Assembly: GCA_032480995.1 (NCBI GenBank) | Contig: JAWETS010000010.1 | Span: forward strand, 25,966 to 89,965 | Reading direction: 5' to 3' | DNA length: 64,000 bases | Source: Veillonella sp. | GTDB taxonomy: Bacteria; Bacillota; Negativicutes; Veillonellales; Veillonellaceae | The notes under the pieces: model-generated | What the model saw: only the letters and a program-made list of their open reading frames with translations | The model's database searches: none | Told to the model about the DNA's origin: nothing | Program-made: the position numbers and the translations under genes | Shown: in pieces, positions 17,835 through 26,899 of the stretch | Layout of the letters: each line of letters begins with the position of its first letter | Numbering within the stretch: position 1 is the first letter of the stretch

Positions 17835-19100
17835 TTATTCGTCAACCCGAACAATATCAGCACCTAACCTTTGCAATTTACCTACAAAATCATCATAACC
17901 TCGGTCAATATGATGTAAACGACCGACTTCTGTTCTACCTTCCGCAGTCAATGCAGCGCATACCAGCGCCGCTCCAGCACGCAGGTCAGTAGCATTCACT
18001 ATAGCCCCGTGTAAGCTTGGCATACCTTCGACAATAGCTTGACGATTATCGATGTCAATATGCGCCCCCATTTTACGAAGTTCAGCAACATGCATAAAAC
18101 GATTTTCAAATACAGTTTCTGTTACTGTACTAGTGCCTTCCGCAATCGTAGTAAGAGCCATGAATTGAGCTTGCATATCTGTTGGGAATCCAGGGTATGG
18201 CAAGGTTTTAATATCGACAGCTTTAATGCCTTTACCACTACTGATAACGCGGATGCCGTCGATTTCTTCCTCTACTGTTACACCAGCTTCCTTTAATTTA
18301 GCCACTACTGGTTTTAGATGTTCTGGCAATGCATTTTCTACGAATACATCACCACCTGCCATAGCAGCAGCAATTAAATATGTACCAGCTTCAATGCGGT
18401 CAGGAATAACTGTATGAATAGCACCGTGTAATTGAGGTACACCTTCAATACGGATCACATTTGTACCAGCTCCGCGAATATTAGCACCCATAGCATTTAA
18501 GAATGTAGCTAAATCAACAATTTCAGGCTCTTCTGCAGCATTTTCGATAATGGTTTTACCTTCCGCCATAGAAGCAGCCATAATTACATTCTCTGTAGCC
18601 CCCACACTTGGGAAATCCAAATAAATTTGAGTCCCTTTAAGTCCTTCCGGAGCATGAGCATATACATAATCTTCAGTAATTTCAATTTTTGCACCTAATG
18701 CTTCAAATGCTTTTAAATGAAGATCAATGGGACGTGCACCGATAGCACATCCACCAGGCATTGAGATTTTAGCCTCCCCTTTACGAGCCAAAAGTGGACC
18801 CATGACAAGGAAGGATGCACGCATTTTACGCACAAGTTCATAAGGAGCTTCCGTAGCAGTCAATGTAGAAGCATCGAAAACAATTTCACCATCTGCATTA
18901 TTACGAGTGATTTTAACCCCCAAAGACTCGATAACTTGGCAAATCGTGCCTACATCTTCTAAATTTGGAATTTCAAGCAATTTACTAGGCGTTGATGCTA
19001 GCAAAGTACCGGCAATAATAGGGAGTACTGCATTTTTGGCACTACTAACACGTACACGTCCTTCCAATCGATTGCCACCTTGAATGATTAACTTTTCCAA
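17835..19100 (-). CDS. murA: UDP-N-acetylglucosamine 1-carboxyvinyltransferase
   Basis: 421 aa. [31 protein letters not shown]... with active-site loop [14 protein letters not shown]. Confidence 0.95.
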   Translation of the reverse strand: MEKLIIQGGNRLEGRVRVSSAKNAVLPIIAGTLLASTPSKLLEIPNLEDVGTICQVIESLGVKITRNNADGEIVFDASTLTATEAPYELVRKMRASFLVMGPLLARKGEAKISMPGGCAIGARPIDLHLKAFEALGAKIEITEDYVYAHAPEGLKGTQIYLDFPSVGATENVIMAASMAEGKTIIENAAEEPEIVDLATFLNAMGANIRGAGTNVIRIEGVPQLHGAIHTVIPDRIEAGTYLIAAAMAGGDVFVENALPEHLKPVVAKLKEAGVTVEEEIDGIRVISSGKGIKAVDIKTLPYPGFPTDMQAQFMALTTIAEGTSTVTETVFENRFMHVAELRKMGAHIDIDNRQAIVEGMPSLHGAIVNATDLRAGAALVCAALTAEGRTEVGRLHHIDRGYDDFVGKLQRLGADIVRVDE

Positions 19101-19181
19101 CAGAATTCCTCCTACACTTTATATCGTTCATCTTGTATAAGCTACAAGACCTTGTATTTATAACGTCATATACTAAATGTT

Positions 19182-19211
19182 ATTATACTATTTTTCGATA
19201 TATCTCATCAA
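19182..19211 (-). promoter_or_regulatory. candidate promoter for murA
   Basis: Minus strand has TTGATG (19211-19206), an 18-nt spacer, then TATAAT (19187-19182). Confidence 0.35.
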
Positions 19212-19232
19212 GAGAATGAGAGAAAATACAAA

Positions 19233-19295
19233 GAAAAAAAAGCCCTGAATATATCTCAAAAATTTGTGCCCAATTTTTGAGTATATTTCAGGGCT
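19233..19295 (-). terminator. rho-independent terminator after glpX (long interrupted stem)
   Basis: agccctgaa...tcaaaaatt (19241-19264) pairs with aatttttga...ttcagggct (19272-19295) around an internal loop. On the minus strand it is followed by a run of eight U (A-run 19234-19240). Confidence 0.75.
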
Positions 19296-19301
19296 TTATT
19301 C

Positions 19302-20264
19302 TTATTTAGCTTTTAATGTTTTAAGTTTATGATCCATATGCACTGTATCAAGGAAACGAACCGTACCAGTTTTAGACCGCATCACAATAGTATGAGTACG
19401 CGCACCACCTGGGAAATATTGAATTGGATTTAATAAGTTACCACGTGTAATAGCAGTAGCCGCAAAGATAACATCATCAGTACGAACTAAATCATTTAAT
19501 GTGAGCACTTGGTTTACATCGGCAATGCCCATTTCATGGCAACGACGAATTTCTTCTTCCGTTTCTGGTTTTAAGCGAGCTTGCATATCGCCGCCTACAC
19601 ATTTTAAGGCTGCAGCCGCTAATACACCTTCAGGTGCACCACCAGTACCTACAACCATGTGCACCCCAGAACCTTCGATACAACATTCCATAGCTGGATT
19701 AACATCACCATCAGAAATGAGCATAATACGAGCCCCTACTTCACGAGCCTCTTTCATCAAGCCTTGATGACGCTCACGTTCAAGCATAACTAACGTGATT
19801 TCATCTACATTACGTTCCATTTTAGCCGCTACATTTTTGATATTTTCGGTCAAAGATTTCGTAATATCGATAGCACCTGCACCTCGAGGACCAACACAAA
19901 GTTTCTCCATGTACATATCCGGTGCATGTAACAAGCCACCTTTTTCTGCAATCGCCATAACTGCAATAGCACCATTTTGACCTTTAGCAATCAAGTTTGT
20001 CCCTTCAATAGGATCAACGGCGATATCTACTTCTGGTCCGCCAGCACCTACGTGTTCTCCGATATAAAGCATAGGAGCTTCATCAATTTCGCCTTCTCCG
20101 ATAACCACAGTACCAGAAATGCGAACAGAATCAAACGCTTGACGCATAGCATCTACAGCAAGACCATCGGCTGCATCCTTTTGCCCACGGCCAAGCAAAC
20201 GACCGCTACGCAAAGCTGCGGCTTCAACGACACGAGCAAATTCCAAAGATAATGTACGATCCAT
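19302..20264 (-). CDS. glpX: class II fructose-1,6-bisphosphatase
   Basis: 320 aa. MDRTLSLEFARVVEAAALRSGRLLGRGQKDAADGLAVDAMR...DIAVDPIEGTN...GTGGAPEGVLAAAALKC is the GlpX family signature. Confidence 0.9.
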   Translation of the reverse strand: MDRTLSLEFARVVEAAALRSGRLLGRGQKDAADGLAVDAMRQAFDSVRISGTVVIGEGEIDEAPMLYIGEHVGAGGPEVDIAVDPIEGTNLIAKGQNGAIAVMAIAEKGGLLHAPDMYMEKLCVGPRGAGAIDITKSLTENIKNVAAKMERNVDEITLVMLERERHQGLMKEAREVGARIMLISDGDVNPAMECCIEGSGVHMVVGTGGAPEGVLAAAALKCVGGDMQARLKPETEEEIRRCHEMGIADVNQVLTLNDLVRTDDVIFAATAITRGNLLNPIQYFPGGARTHTIVMRSKTGTVRFLDTVHMDHKLKTLKAK

Positions 20265-20323
20265 AATGGGCCTCCTTATAAGTCCTCTATGTATTGATAT
20301 GACTCTTACCTAGAGTCTCTAAC

Positions 20324-20968
20324 TTATTGATTAGCTTGTTTCCAATCTTCCATAAATTTTGCAAGTCCTGCATCAGTCAACGGATGTTTCATAGCTTGCA
20401 TGAGTACTTTAAATGGAACAGTTGCAATATGAGCACCTGCTTTAGCACATTGAATAATATGCAGCGGAGTTCTCACACTTGCAGCAATAATTTCAGTTTC
20501 AATTTCATGAATAGCGAAAATATCTGCAATATCTTGAATCAATGTAAGACCATCCATGCTGATATCATCAATACGACCCACAAATGGACTCACATAACTT
20601 GCACCTGCACGAGCAGCTAATAAGGCTTGGTTTGCAGAAAAAATCAAAGTCACATTCGTTTTAATGCCTTCTTTGCTCAAAATAGCAACGGCTTTAAGAC
20701 CTTCTGGAGTCATAGGAACTTTAATAACCACATTAGAGCCTAATTTCACAAGGTCATGTGCTTCCGCCACCATGCCTTCAGCATCAGAGGAAATAACCTC
20801 TGCGCTAACAGGTCCATCAACAAGGTTTGCAATTTCAGAAATAACTTGTTTCAAATCGCGTTTAGCTTTCACGATAAGCGATGGGTTTGTAGTTACGCCA
20901 TCAATAAAACCAAAATCATAGGCCTCTTTAATCTCATCAAATTCTGCTGTATCAATAAAGAATCTCAT
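20324..20968 (-). CDS. tal: short-type transaldolase / fructose-6-phosphate aldolase
   Basis: 214 aa. [32 protein letters not shown]...[13 protein letters not shown]...NVTLIFS...SPFVGRIDD is the TalC/Fsa family pattern, with the Schiff-base Lys in VIKVP. Confidence 0.85.
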   Translation of the reverse strand: MRFFIDTAEFDEIKEAYDFGFIDGVTTNPSLIVKAKRDLKQVISEIANLVDGPVSAEVISSDAEGMVAEAHDLVKLGSNVVIKVPMTPEGLKAVAILSKEGIKTNVTLIFSANQALLAARAGASYVSPFVGRIDDISMDGLTLIQDIADIFAIHEIETEIIAASVRTPLHIIQCAKAGAHIATVPFKVLMQAMKHPLTDAGLAKFMEDWKQANQ

Positions 20969-20981
20969 AAAATGCCCCCTC

Positions 20982-22262
20982 TTATTTAGCCGGTGAAATC
21001 ACTTCAACGCCACCCATGTATGGCACGAGAACTTTTGGAATTACAACGGACCCATCGGCTTGTTGATAGTTTTCCAAGATAGCAGCTACTGTACGCCCTA
21101 CTGCAAGGCCAGATCCATTTAATGTATGAACGAATTCCGGTTTACCCTTAGGTCCACGACGGAATTTAATATTAGCACGACGAGCTTGGAAATCAGTCAT
21201 ATTAGAGCAAGAGGAAATTTCTCTATACTTGCCTTGTGCAGGCATCCACACCTCTACATCATAGGTTTTAGCAGAACCAAAGCCCATATCACCTGTGCAC
21301 AGAGTGATAACACGGAACGGTAATTCTAATAAGCGCAATACTTCTTCTGCATTATCTGTTAATGTTTCTAATTCTTTGAAAGAATCTTCTGGTTTAGCTA
21401 ATTTAACCATTTCAACTTTGTTAAATTGATGTTGTCGAATAAGGCCACGAGTATCACGCCCCGCGGAACCCGCTTCAGCACGGAAACATGCGGTGAATGC
21501 AGTATAGTATTTAGGCAATTCCTCTTCGCTCAAAATTTCACCACCGTGATAATTAGTCAATGTAACCTCAGCAGTTGGAATCAAGAAATATTCCGTTCCC
21601 TCTACATGGTACATATCTTCAGCAAATTTAGGCAATTGCCCAGTGCCCGTCAAAGTTTCACGCGTTACCATATATGGAGTCATCATTTCAGTATAGCCAT
21701 GTTTATCTACATGAAGATCCACCATGAAGTTGATAAGAGCGCGTTCCAAACGAGCCCCTAACCCCTTATACACAGTAAAGCGAGCTCCACTCATTTTGCC
21801 TGCACGATTGAAATCAAGGATATCGAGGCTTTCACCTAAATCCCAATGAGCCTGTACATCAAAATTAAATTGACGTGGTTCGCCCCATTTGCGTTGCTCC
21901 ACATTTTCATCTTCATCGGCCCCTACAGGAACAGATGCATCACACATATTTGGCAACATCAATGCCGCATCGCGCAATTTTGTTTCCACTTCGCGAATAC
22001 GGTTATCAAACTCAGCAATCTCATCGCCTACTTTTTTCATTTCTGCGATTTTTTCATCAGCATTTTCTTTGTTGCGTTTTAATTTGCTAATTTCTTCTGT
22101 TACAGAATTGCGAAGCGCTTTTAATTCTTCTACTCGACCGATCAATTGACGACGTTCATCATAAGCGGATACAAAGGTTTTCAGATCGCCTTTTGTATGA
22201 CGATTATCTAAATTTTGTTGCACTAAATCAATATTTTCACGGACAAATTTTAAATCTAACAT
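20982..22262 (-). CDS. serS: seryl-tRNA synthetase
   Basis: [21 protein letters not shown]... with an N-terminal coiled coil and class II motifs (...[21 protein letters not shown]...[18 protein letters not shown]). Start at the ATG at 22262, with GAGG 8 nt upstream; the track start is a TTG. Confidence 0.95.
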   Translation of the reverse strand: MLDLKFVRENIDLVQQNLDNRHTKGDLKTFVSAYDERRQLIGRVEELKALRNSVTEEISKLKRNKENADEKIAEMKKVGDEIAEFDNRIREVETKLRDAALMLPNMCDASVPVGADEDENVEQRKWGEPRQFNFDVQAHWDLGESLDILDFNRAGKMSGARFTVYKGLGARLERALINFMVDLHVDKHGYTEMMTPYMVTRETLTGTGQLPKFAEDMYHVEGTEYFLIPTAEVTLTNYHGGEILSEEELPKYYTAFTACFRAEAGSAGRDTRGLIRQHQFNKVEMVKLAKPEDSFKELETLTDNAEEVLRLLELPFRVITLCTGDMGFGSAKTYDVEVWMPAQGKYREISSCSNMTDFQARRANIKFRRGPKGKPEFVHTLNGSGLAVGRTVAAILENYQQADGSVVIPKVLVPYMGGVEVISPAK

Positions 22263-22387
22263 ACTATAAACCTCATTTTCCAACTATGTTACGCACAATA
22301 TATTCAATACGTTTAAGTATACCATATATTGGTGTATTTATCATTAAATTATGTGCTATATACTAGACTTCTCACCAATATTTTATA

Positions 22388-23341
22388 TTATTCATCCTCT
22401 TCTTCATCTAGCAAATAATCTTTTGCCATCCATTTACGCGTGCCTGTAAAAGAAATGGTCACCCATTTTTCCGTTGGGTTACCGCCGATTTCTTGGTCAA
22501 TTTCATTGCGAATAGCATCAATTTCAGCAATGGTTTGATATGGAAAACTTTTAGGAACTAAAATATCAATTTCAATGATTCGAGTATTGCCATATACTTG
22601 CACGCTCGTCACATAATCTTTAAAATTATACTTTTCCATAAATCGATCCATAATTTCTTGCACTTCATTATGCAATGAAGTTGGTGCCCATCCTAATATT
22701 TGTTTCATGGATGGCACAATGATACGAAATGCAGAGGGTATCATCTGTACCGCTAAAATAATTAATACAATAGGGTCAATATAAGTAGCCCATCTAGCAT
22801 ATTCAGTACTTTCTAGCATAGTAGCTACAACGAAACTAATCAAGATAGCCGCTTCTAACAAAGCATCGACATACCAGCTTACATTATCAAATTTAATCAA
22901 GTTAGACTGCAAACTTTTATTAATACGACGTACATAAAGATAGTAAGCAGTATCCGCAACAGTAAAGAATATAGCATAGAAAATAGCTGGCCCGAAGTCT
23001 ACGTGACGTCCACCAGACAAAAGATCTGTAATCCCACTAGATAAGGCATAAATTACTATGAGAAGAATAAAAAAGCCCTCCACGGCGAGCACCAGAGGTT
23101 CAAATTGCCAAAAACCGAATTGGAATCGCTTACTCGTTTCTCTAGCAACTAACTTAGCTGTCATAAGCATCATAATCTTAATAACAACATCAACGAAGGA
23201 GAATACCCCATCTAACAACACTGCACTAGATCCCGTTACAATCCCCATCACAGTGCCGCTCACCGCAACTAGCGCCATCAAAGCAACAGATTGCATTAAT
23301 AGCTTTTGTTCAATAGAGCGTCTTGCTCCTAATATATCCAT
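22388..23341 (-). CDS. cation diffusion facilitator (CDF) family transporter
   Basis: Six predicted TM helices with SSAVLLDGVFSFVDV and ...YVDALLEAAIL... motifs. A C-terminal cytoplasmic alpha/beta domain follows. Start set at the ATG at 23341; the GTG at 23353 is also possible. Confidence 0.7.
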   Translation of the reverse strand: MDILGARRSIEQKLLMQSVALMALVAVSGTVMGIVTGSSAVLLDGVFSFVDVVIKIMMLMTAKLVARETSKRFQFGFWQFEPLVLAVEGFFILLIVIYALSSGITDLLSGGRHVDFGPAIFYAIFFTVADTAYYLYVRRINKSLQSNLIKFDNVSWYVDALLEAAILISFVVATMLESTEYARWATYIDPIVLIILAVQMIPSAFRIIVPSMKQILGWAPTSLHNEVQEIMDRFMEKYNFKDYVTSVQVYGNTRIIEIDILVPKSFPYQTIAEIDAIRNEIDQEIGGNPTEKWVTISFTGTRKWMAKDYLLDEEEDE

Positions 23342-23507
23342 TAAGCCCCCCACTTTCTTAATTTGTACATTTTTTTATTATACACCAAGTGAATTGATGA
23401 GCAAAATCGCCCTGTTCAGTAATATAAACAGAAAAGCTATAAAACCTACTATAAATCATAATCCAAAGTTTATCTAACACCTCGGTCAGGTTCTAAAAGA
23501 AGCACCG

Positions 23508-23547
23508 AAAAGCAGCTAGTTTGAAGGGTATACAAACTAGCTGCTTT
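23508..23547 (-). terminator. terminator after guanine deaminase
   Basis: 15-bp perfect stem aaagcagctagtttg / caaactagctgcttt. On the minus strand it is followed by UUCGGUGCUUCUUUU. Confidence 0.55.
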
Positions 23548-23583
23548 AAATATATCAGTATTTTTTTCTGTAAGATATAAACT

Positions 23584-24864
23584 TTACCCTTTTGGACTCG
23601 GAACTACGCGACCAGCTACATAGCGTTCAATAATATGACGATCATCCCCTACATATAGCCAGCGCTCTAAACGCTCTTCCAAAGAACGTTCATTTGGGTC
23701 AAATAAGGACGTATCATCGATAATAAGGGCATCTAACTCATAGCCTTTTTCAAAGCTTCCAACGTGGCCAAAAAATTGTCCACCACCCTTGGTAGCCATA
23801 TAGAAGGCTTCACTCAAGGTAAGAGGTGCATAGTTTGGGTCTACTTCAGCCCATTTCATTTTCGATAGACCAATAGCTTCAGTAAGGACCTTTGCCATCG
23901 ATACAATATGTCCACCAGAAATATCGGAGCCTAAACCAATTGGTATATTCCGCTCAATCAGCTTACGAATCGGTGCAATTCCGCTAGAAAGATTTACATT
24001 CGAATATGGACAATGAGATACCATGGTCTGCGTTTCAGCCATGCGATCCATTTCTACGTCACTCAAATGAATGCAATGGGCCATTACAGTTGGCACGGTA
24101 CCCATCAAATGATGTTCATAGTACACATCTGTATAGTTTGACGACTCAGGATGTAATGATGCGACCCAATCAATTTCGCCGTGATTTTCCGACAAATGAG
24201 ATTGAACAGGAACATCGTATTCTTTCGCTAATTTAGCAAGTCCTGTCATGAGTTCACTCGTACAAGATGGTACAAAGCGCGGTGTAATAATAGGTTTAAC
24301 TAAAGGTCCAAATTGAGCTGATGTATCTAACCATACTTTAGTATCAGCTAATGATTGATTCGTTTCTTCAATCAAAAATTCCGGACTATTACGGTCCATG
24401 TTTACCTTACCCACATAAGCTGACAATCCTGCTTTTTGTAAAAGCTCCATCAACACCAATGTGCTGTCTTTATGGATTGTGCCAAACAAAATACTTCTCG
24501 TCGTACCATTGCGCCATAAATCGTGAACAAAGGCACCATATACTAGACGAGCATAGTCAGGATCAATAAATTTTGCCTCTTCAGGAAATGTATAAGTTTC
24601 AAGCCATGGTAACAGTTCCTTATCCATACCAAGTCCACGATTACAATATTGTGGTGCATGCGCATGGGTATCCACAAAACCAGGAATAATGAGATTATCA
24701 CCGTAATCAACAACATCATACTCTGTATAAACTGTAGGAATACTTTCACCACAATGAACAACCACCCCATCTACAGCAATAACATAACCCTGTTGAATAG
24801 ATACAAGTGCTGATGGATTCGGTGTATATAATATATTTCCTTTTAAAATAATCGTTGAATTCAT
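23584..24864 (-). CDS. guaD: guanine deaminase (amidohydrolase superfamily)
   Basis: 426 aa. PGFVDTHAHAPQY metal-binding motif, ...HLSEN..., ...AHCIHLS..., ...LGSDISGG.... These match guanine deaminase rather than a generic amidohydrolase. The gene is co-oriented with a purine permease behind a purine riboswitch. Confidence 0.8.
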   Translation of the reverse strand: MNSTIILKGNILYTPNPSALVSIQQGYVIAVDGVVVHCGESIPTVYTEYDVVDYGDNLIIPGFVDTHAHAPQYCNRGLGMDKELLPWLETYTFPEEAKFIDPDYARLVYGAFVHDLWRNGTTRSILFGTIHKDSTLVLMELLQKAGLSAYVGKVNMDRNSPEFLIEETNQSLADTKVWLDTSAQFGPLVKPIITPRFVPSCTSELMTGLAKLAKEYDVPVQSHLSENHGEIDWVASLHPESSNYTDVYYEHHLMGTVPTVMAHCIHLSDVEMDRMAETQTMVSHCPYSNVNLSSGIAPIRKLIERNIPIGLGSDISGGHIVSMAKVLTEAIGLSKMKWAEVDPNYAPLTLSEAFYMATKGGGQFFGHVGSFEKGYELDALIIDDTSLFDPNERSLEERLERWLYVGDDRHIIERYVAGRVVPSPKG

Positions 24865-24964
24865 ATAACCTCCTCGCGTGATTAGAGCCCTAAAGTACTG
24901 CGCCCATATACTACGCTAGATTTTCGTTTAAAGACTATGCTATATGATTCATAGTATATGCTAT

Positions 24965-26308
24965 TTAAATAGCAAAGTGAATGATGAACGCCACAGTCAT
25001 GATGTACATAATAGGATGAATTTCATGATGACGACCTGTTGCCAATTTAATTAATGTATAAGAAATAAAACCAAAGGATAAACCTTGAGCAATACTAAAT
25101 GTTAATGGCATAAGAAGAATTGTTAAGAACGCAGGCAATGCTTCCGTGAAATCAGTAAAATCAATATGCGTTACCTCACTCATCATAAATACGCCAATAG
25201 TAATCAGTACAGGTGCAGTCGCTTGTACCGGTACCAATAAGAACAATGGTGCAAAGAATAAAGATACCAAGTATAAAAGGCCAGTTACTACTGCCGTAAG
25301 ACCTGTGCGACCACCATCAGCAACGGCTGCCGCACTTTCAATATAAGAAGTAACTGTAGAGGTACCTACAACGGCACCTGCTGCGGCACCAATAGACGTA
25401 CATAGCAAGGCACGATTCAAACCTTCAAATTTCCCTTCTTCATTTACTAAGTTTGCTTTTCTCGTTACACCAATCAATGTACCGATATTATCGAACATAT
25501 CCACAATAGTAATGGAGAAGATAATGGAGAAAAAGCCATACCCAATAGCACTCATTACATCAAGTTGACCAAATGTGTCTACTGGAAATGGTGGTACCAA
25601 GTTAAAGATATCCGAACTAGATATAGGAACCTTAGTCAAACCTAACACCATAGCCAAAATCGTAGTGAAGGCCATACCAATTAACAATCCACCCTTAACC
25701 TGCTTAGCTAATAAAATACTTGTAATAAACAAGCCTAACAATGTTAATAGTACTGCAGGATCTTTCATGTTCCCAAGGGTTACAAATGTAGCATTATCAG
25801 AAATAATTATATGAGCATTTTTAAAGCCAATGAAGGCAACGAATAAACCAATACCTACGCCAATAGAGGTTTTCAGCACTTGTGGAATACCATCTACTAT
25901 TTTATTAAGAACTTTAGTAACTGTTAAAATAACAAAAACTGTACCGGAAATAAAAACGGCACCTAATGCAGTTTGCCAACTAAGGCCCATAGCACCACAA
26001 ATGGTATACGAGAAAAATGCACTTAGGCCAAGTCCAGGTGCTACGATAACCGGAACATTAGCAACAAAACCTATTAGCATTGTCGCAAAGGCAGTTGTTA
26101 AAATTACAGCCGCTACAGCACTACCATGAGGCATTCCTGATACAGATAATAGATTGGGTATTACTGCCAGAATGTATACTGATGCAATAAACATTGTAAT
26201 ACCCGCAAAAATCTCAGTCTTTACTGATGTTCCATGTTTGGTTAACTTGAAAAACCGATCAAGACAACCATTGGCTTGATTACCTCTTTCATAATCCATT
26301 GAACTCAT
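24965..26308 (-). CDS. NCS2/AzgA-family purine (guanine/hypoxanthine/adenine) permease
   Basis: 447 aa. ...LDRFFKLTKHGTSVKTEIFAGITMFIASVYILAVIPNLLS... and a polytopic body typical of PbuG/AzgA-like permeases. RBS AGGAGG lies upstream. Confidence 0.85.
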   Translation of the reverse strand: MSSMDYERGNQANGCLDRFFKLTKHGTSVKTEIFAGITMFIASVYILAVIPNLLSVSGMPHGSAVAAVILTTAFATMLIGFVANVPVIVAPGLGLSAFFSYTICGAMGLSWQTALGAVFISGTVFVILTVTKVLNKIVDGIPQVLKTSIGVGIGLFVAFIGFKNAHIIISDNATFVTLGNMKDPAVLLTLLGLFITSILLAKQVKGGLLIGMAFTTILAMVLGLTKVPISSSDIFNLVPPFPVDTFGQLDVMSAIGYGFFSIIFSITIVDMFDNIGTLIGVTRKANLVNEEGKFEGLNRALLCTSIGAAAGAVVGTSTVTSYIESAAAVADGGRTGLTAVVTGLLYLVSLFFAPLFLLVPVQATAPVLITIGVFMMSEVTHIDFTDFTEALPAFLTILLMPLTFSIAQGLSFGFISYTLIKLATGRHHEIHPIMYIMTVAFIIHFAI

Positions 26309-26352
26309 CGCACTTACCTCCTAAACTTTTAGAAATATAAATTTAGTTAAAT

Positions 26353-26395
26353 AAAAAAACGGCTACAAGAGCATCATAAATAAGCTCTTGTAGCC
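26353..26395 (-). terminator. riboswitch expression platform: intrinsic terminator whose 5' arm contains the P1 3' strand
   Basis: Minus strand has GGCUACAAGAGC (26395-26384), an 11-nt loop, GCUCUUGUAGCC (26372-26361), then G-UUUUUUU. The 5' arm includes UACAAG, which is also the 3' strand of aptamer helix P1. Confidence 0.75.
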
Positions 26396-26450
26396 GTAAA
26401 TCTCGGTTCACGCTAGAGAGACTTGACCCATCCCGTCAAGGTTATACAAG
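26387..26450 (-). promoter_or_regulatory. purine riboswitch aptamer, guanine/hypoxanthine class (C at the specificity position)
   Basis: Minus strand reads CUUGUA-UAAC-CUUGAC-GGGAUGG-GUCAAG-UCUCUCUAG-CGUGAA-CCGAGA-UUUACG-GC-UACAAG. It aligns element by element with B. subtilis xpt (P1, J1/2 UAA, P2, L2 ending GG, J2/3 with U47/U49/C50/U51/A52, P3, L3 starting CC, J3/1 xC). The xpt G46-C53 pair is replaced by a compensatory C-G. Confidence 0.8.
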
Positions 26451-26580
26451 GTATGTAGTAGTTCTATACAGTTAATCTATATCATCACATTCAGATTCGA
26501 TAAAGCAAAGATAAATAAGAAAAACTTTATATGCATGAATTTATATCATATATATTATGTAAATACCACATCTCACACTT

Positions 26581-26609
26581 AGTATAAAATTATTTTTATA
26601 CACTGTCAA
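26581..26609 (-). promoter_or_regulatory. near-consensus sigma-70 promoter upstream of the riboswitch
   Basis: Minus strand has TTGACA (26609-26604), a 17-nt spacer, then TATACT (26586-26581). The predicted start lies about 125 nt upstream of aptamer P1. Confidence 0.5.
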
Positions 26610-26850
26610 TAACAATTGATGAATAATCATAAACTATTTTTTTATCCTAGAAATTATTTTCTATAGACTTTATATCGTTAATTTTGTTATATACTTATAG
26701 ACTGGTACAGGAGCTCAACATATTAACCACTCCATTAATCCATCGTATAAAATTACATATAGCATTCATGTTTCAATACATATTTAAAGGCAGTATCGTA
26801 GTAACAGGTTTAAAATGATTTTTATATGATACTAACTATTTCATAAATAT

Positions 26851-26882
26851 ATAAAAAGCTCCCTACTCAAAGAATAGGGAGC
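26851..26882 (-). terminator. rho-independent terminator after lysS
   Basis: Minus strand has GCUCCCUA-loop-UAGGGAGC followed by UUUUUAUAUAUUU. It lies 18 nt downstream of the lysS stop. Confidence 0.7.
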
Positions 26883-26899
26883 CTTAATAGTGTCGATTA

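Noticed and set aside
22263-22387. Possible T-box leader upstream of serS (and similarly upstream of greA-lysS)
   Set aside because: The serS upstream gap is only ~125 nt. It contains no T-box consensus (AAUUAGGGUGGUACCGCG-like) and no terminator/antiterminator pair, so it is too short for a T-box riboswitch.
24865-24964. Second purine riboswitch in the permease-guaD intergenic gap
   Set aside because: Read on the minus strand, the 100 nt lack the P1/J1-2/L2/L3 pattern (no UAUAAU...GGAUAUGG...CCGUAAAU-like elements) and have no terminator. guaD is more simply co-transcribed with the permease.
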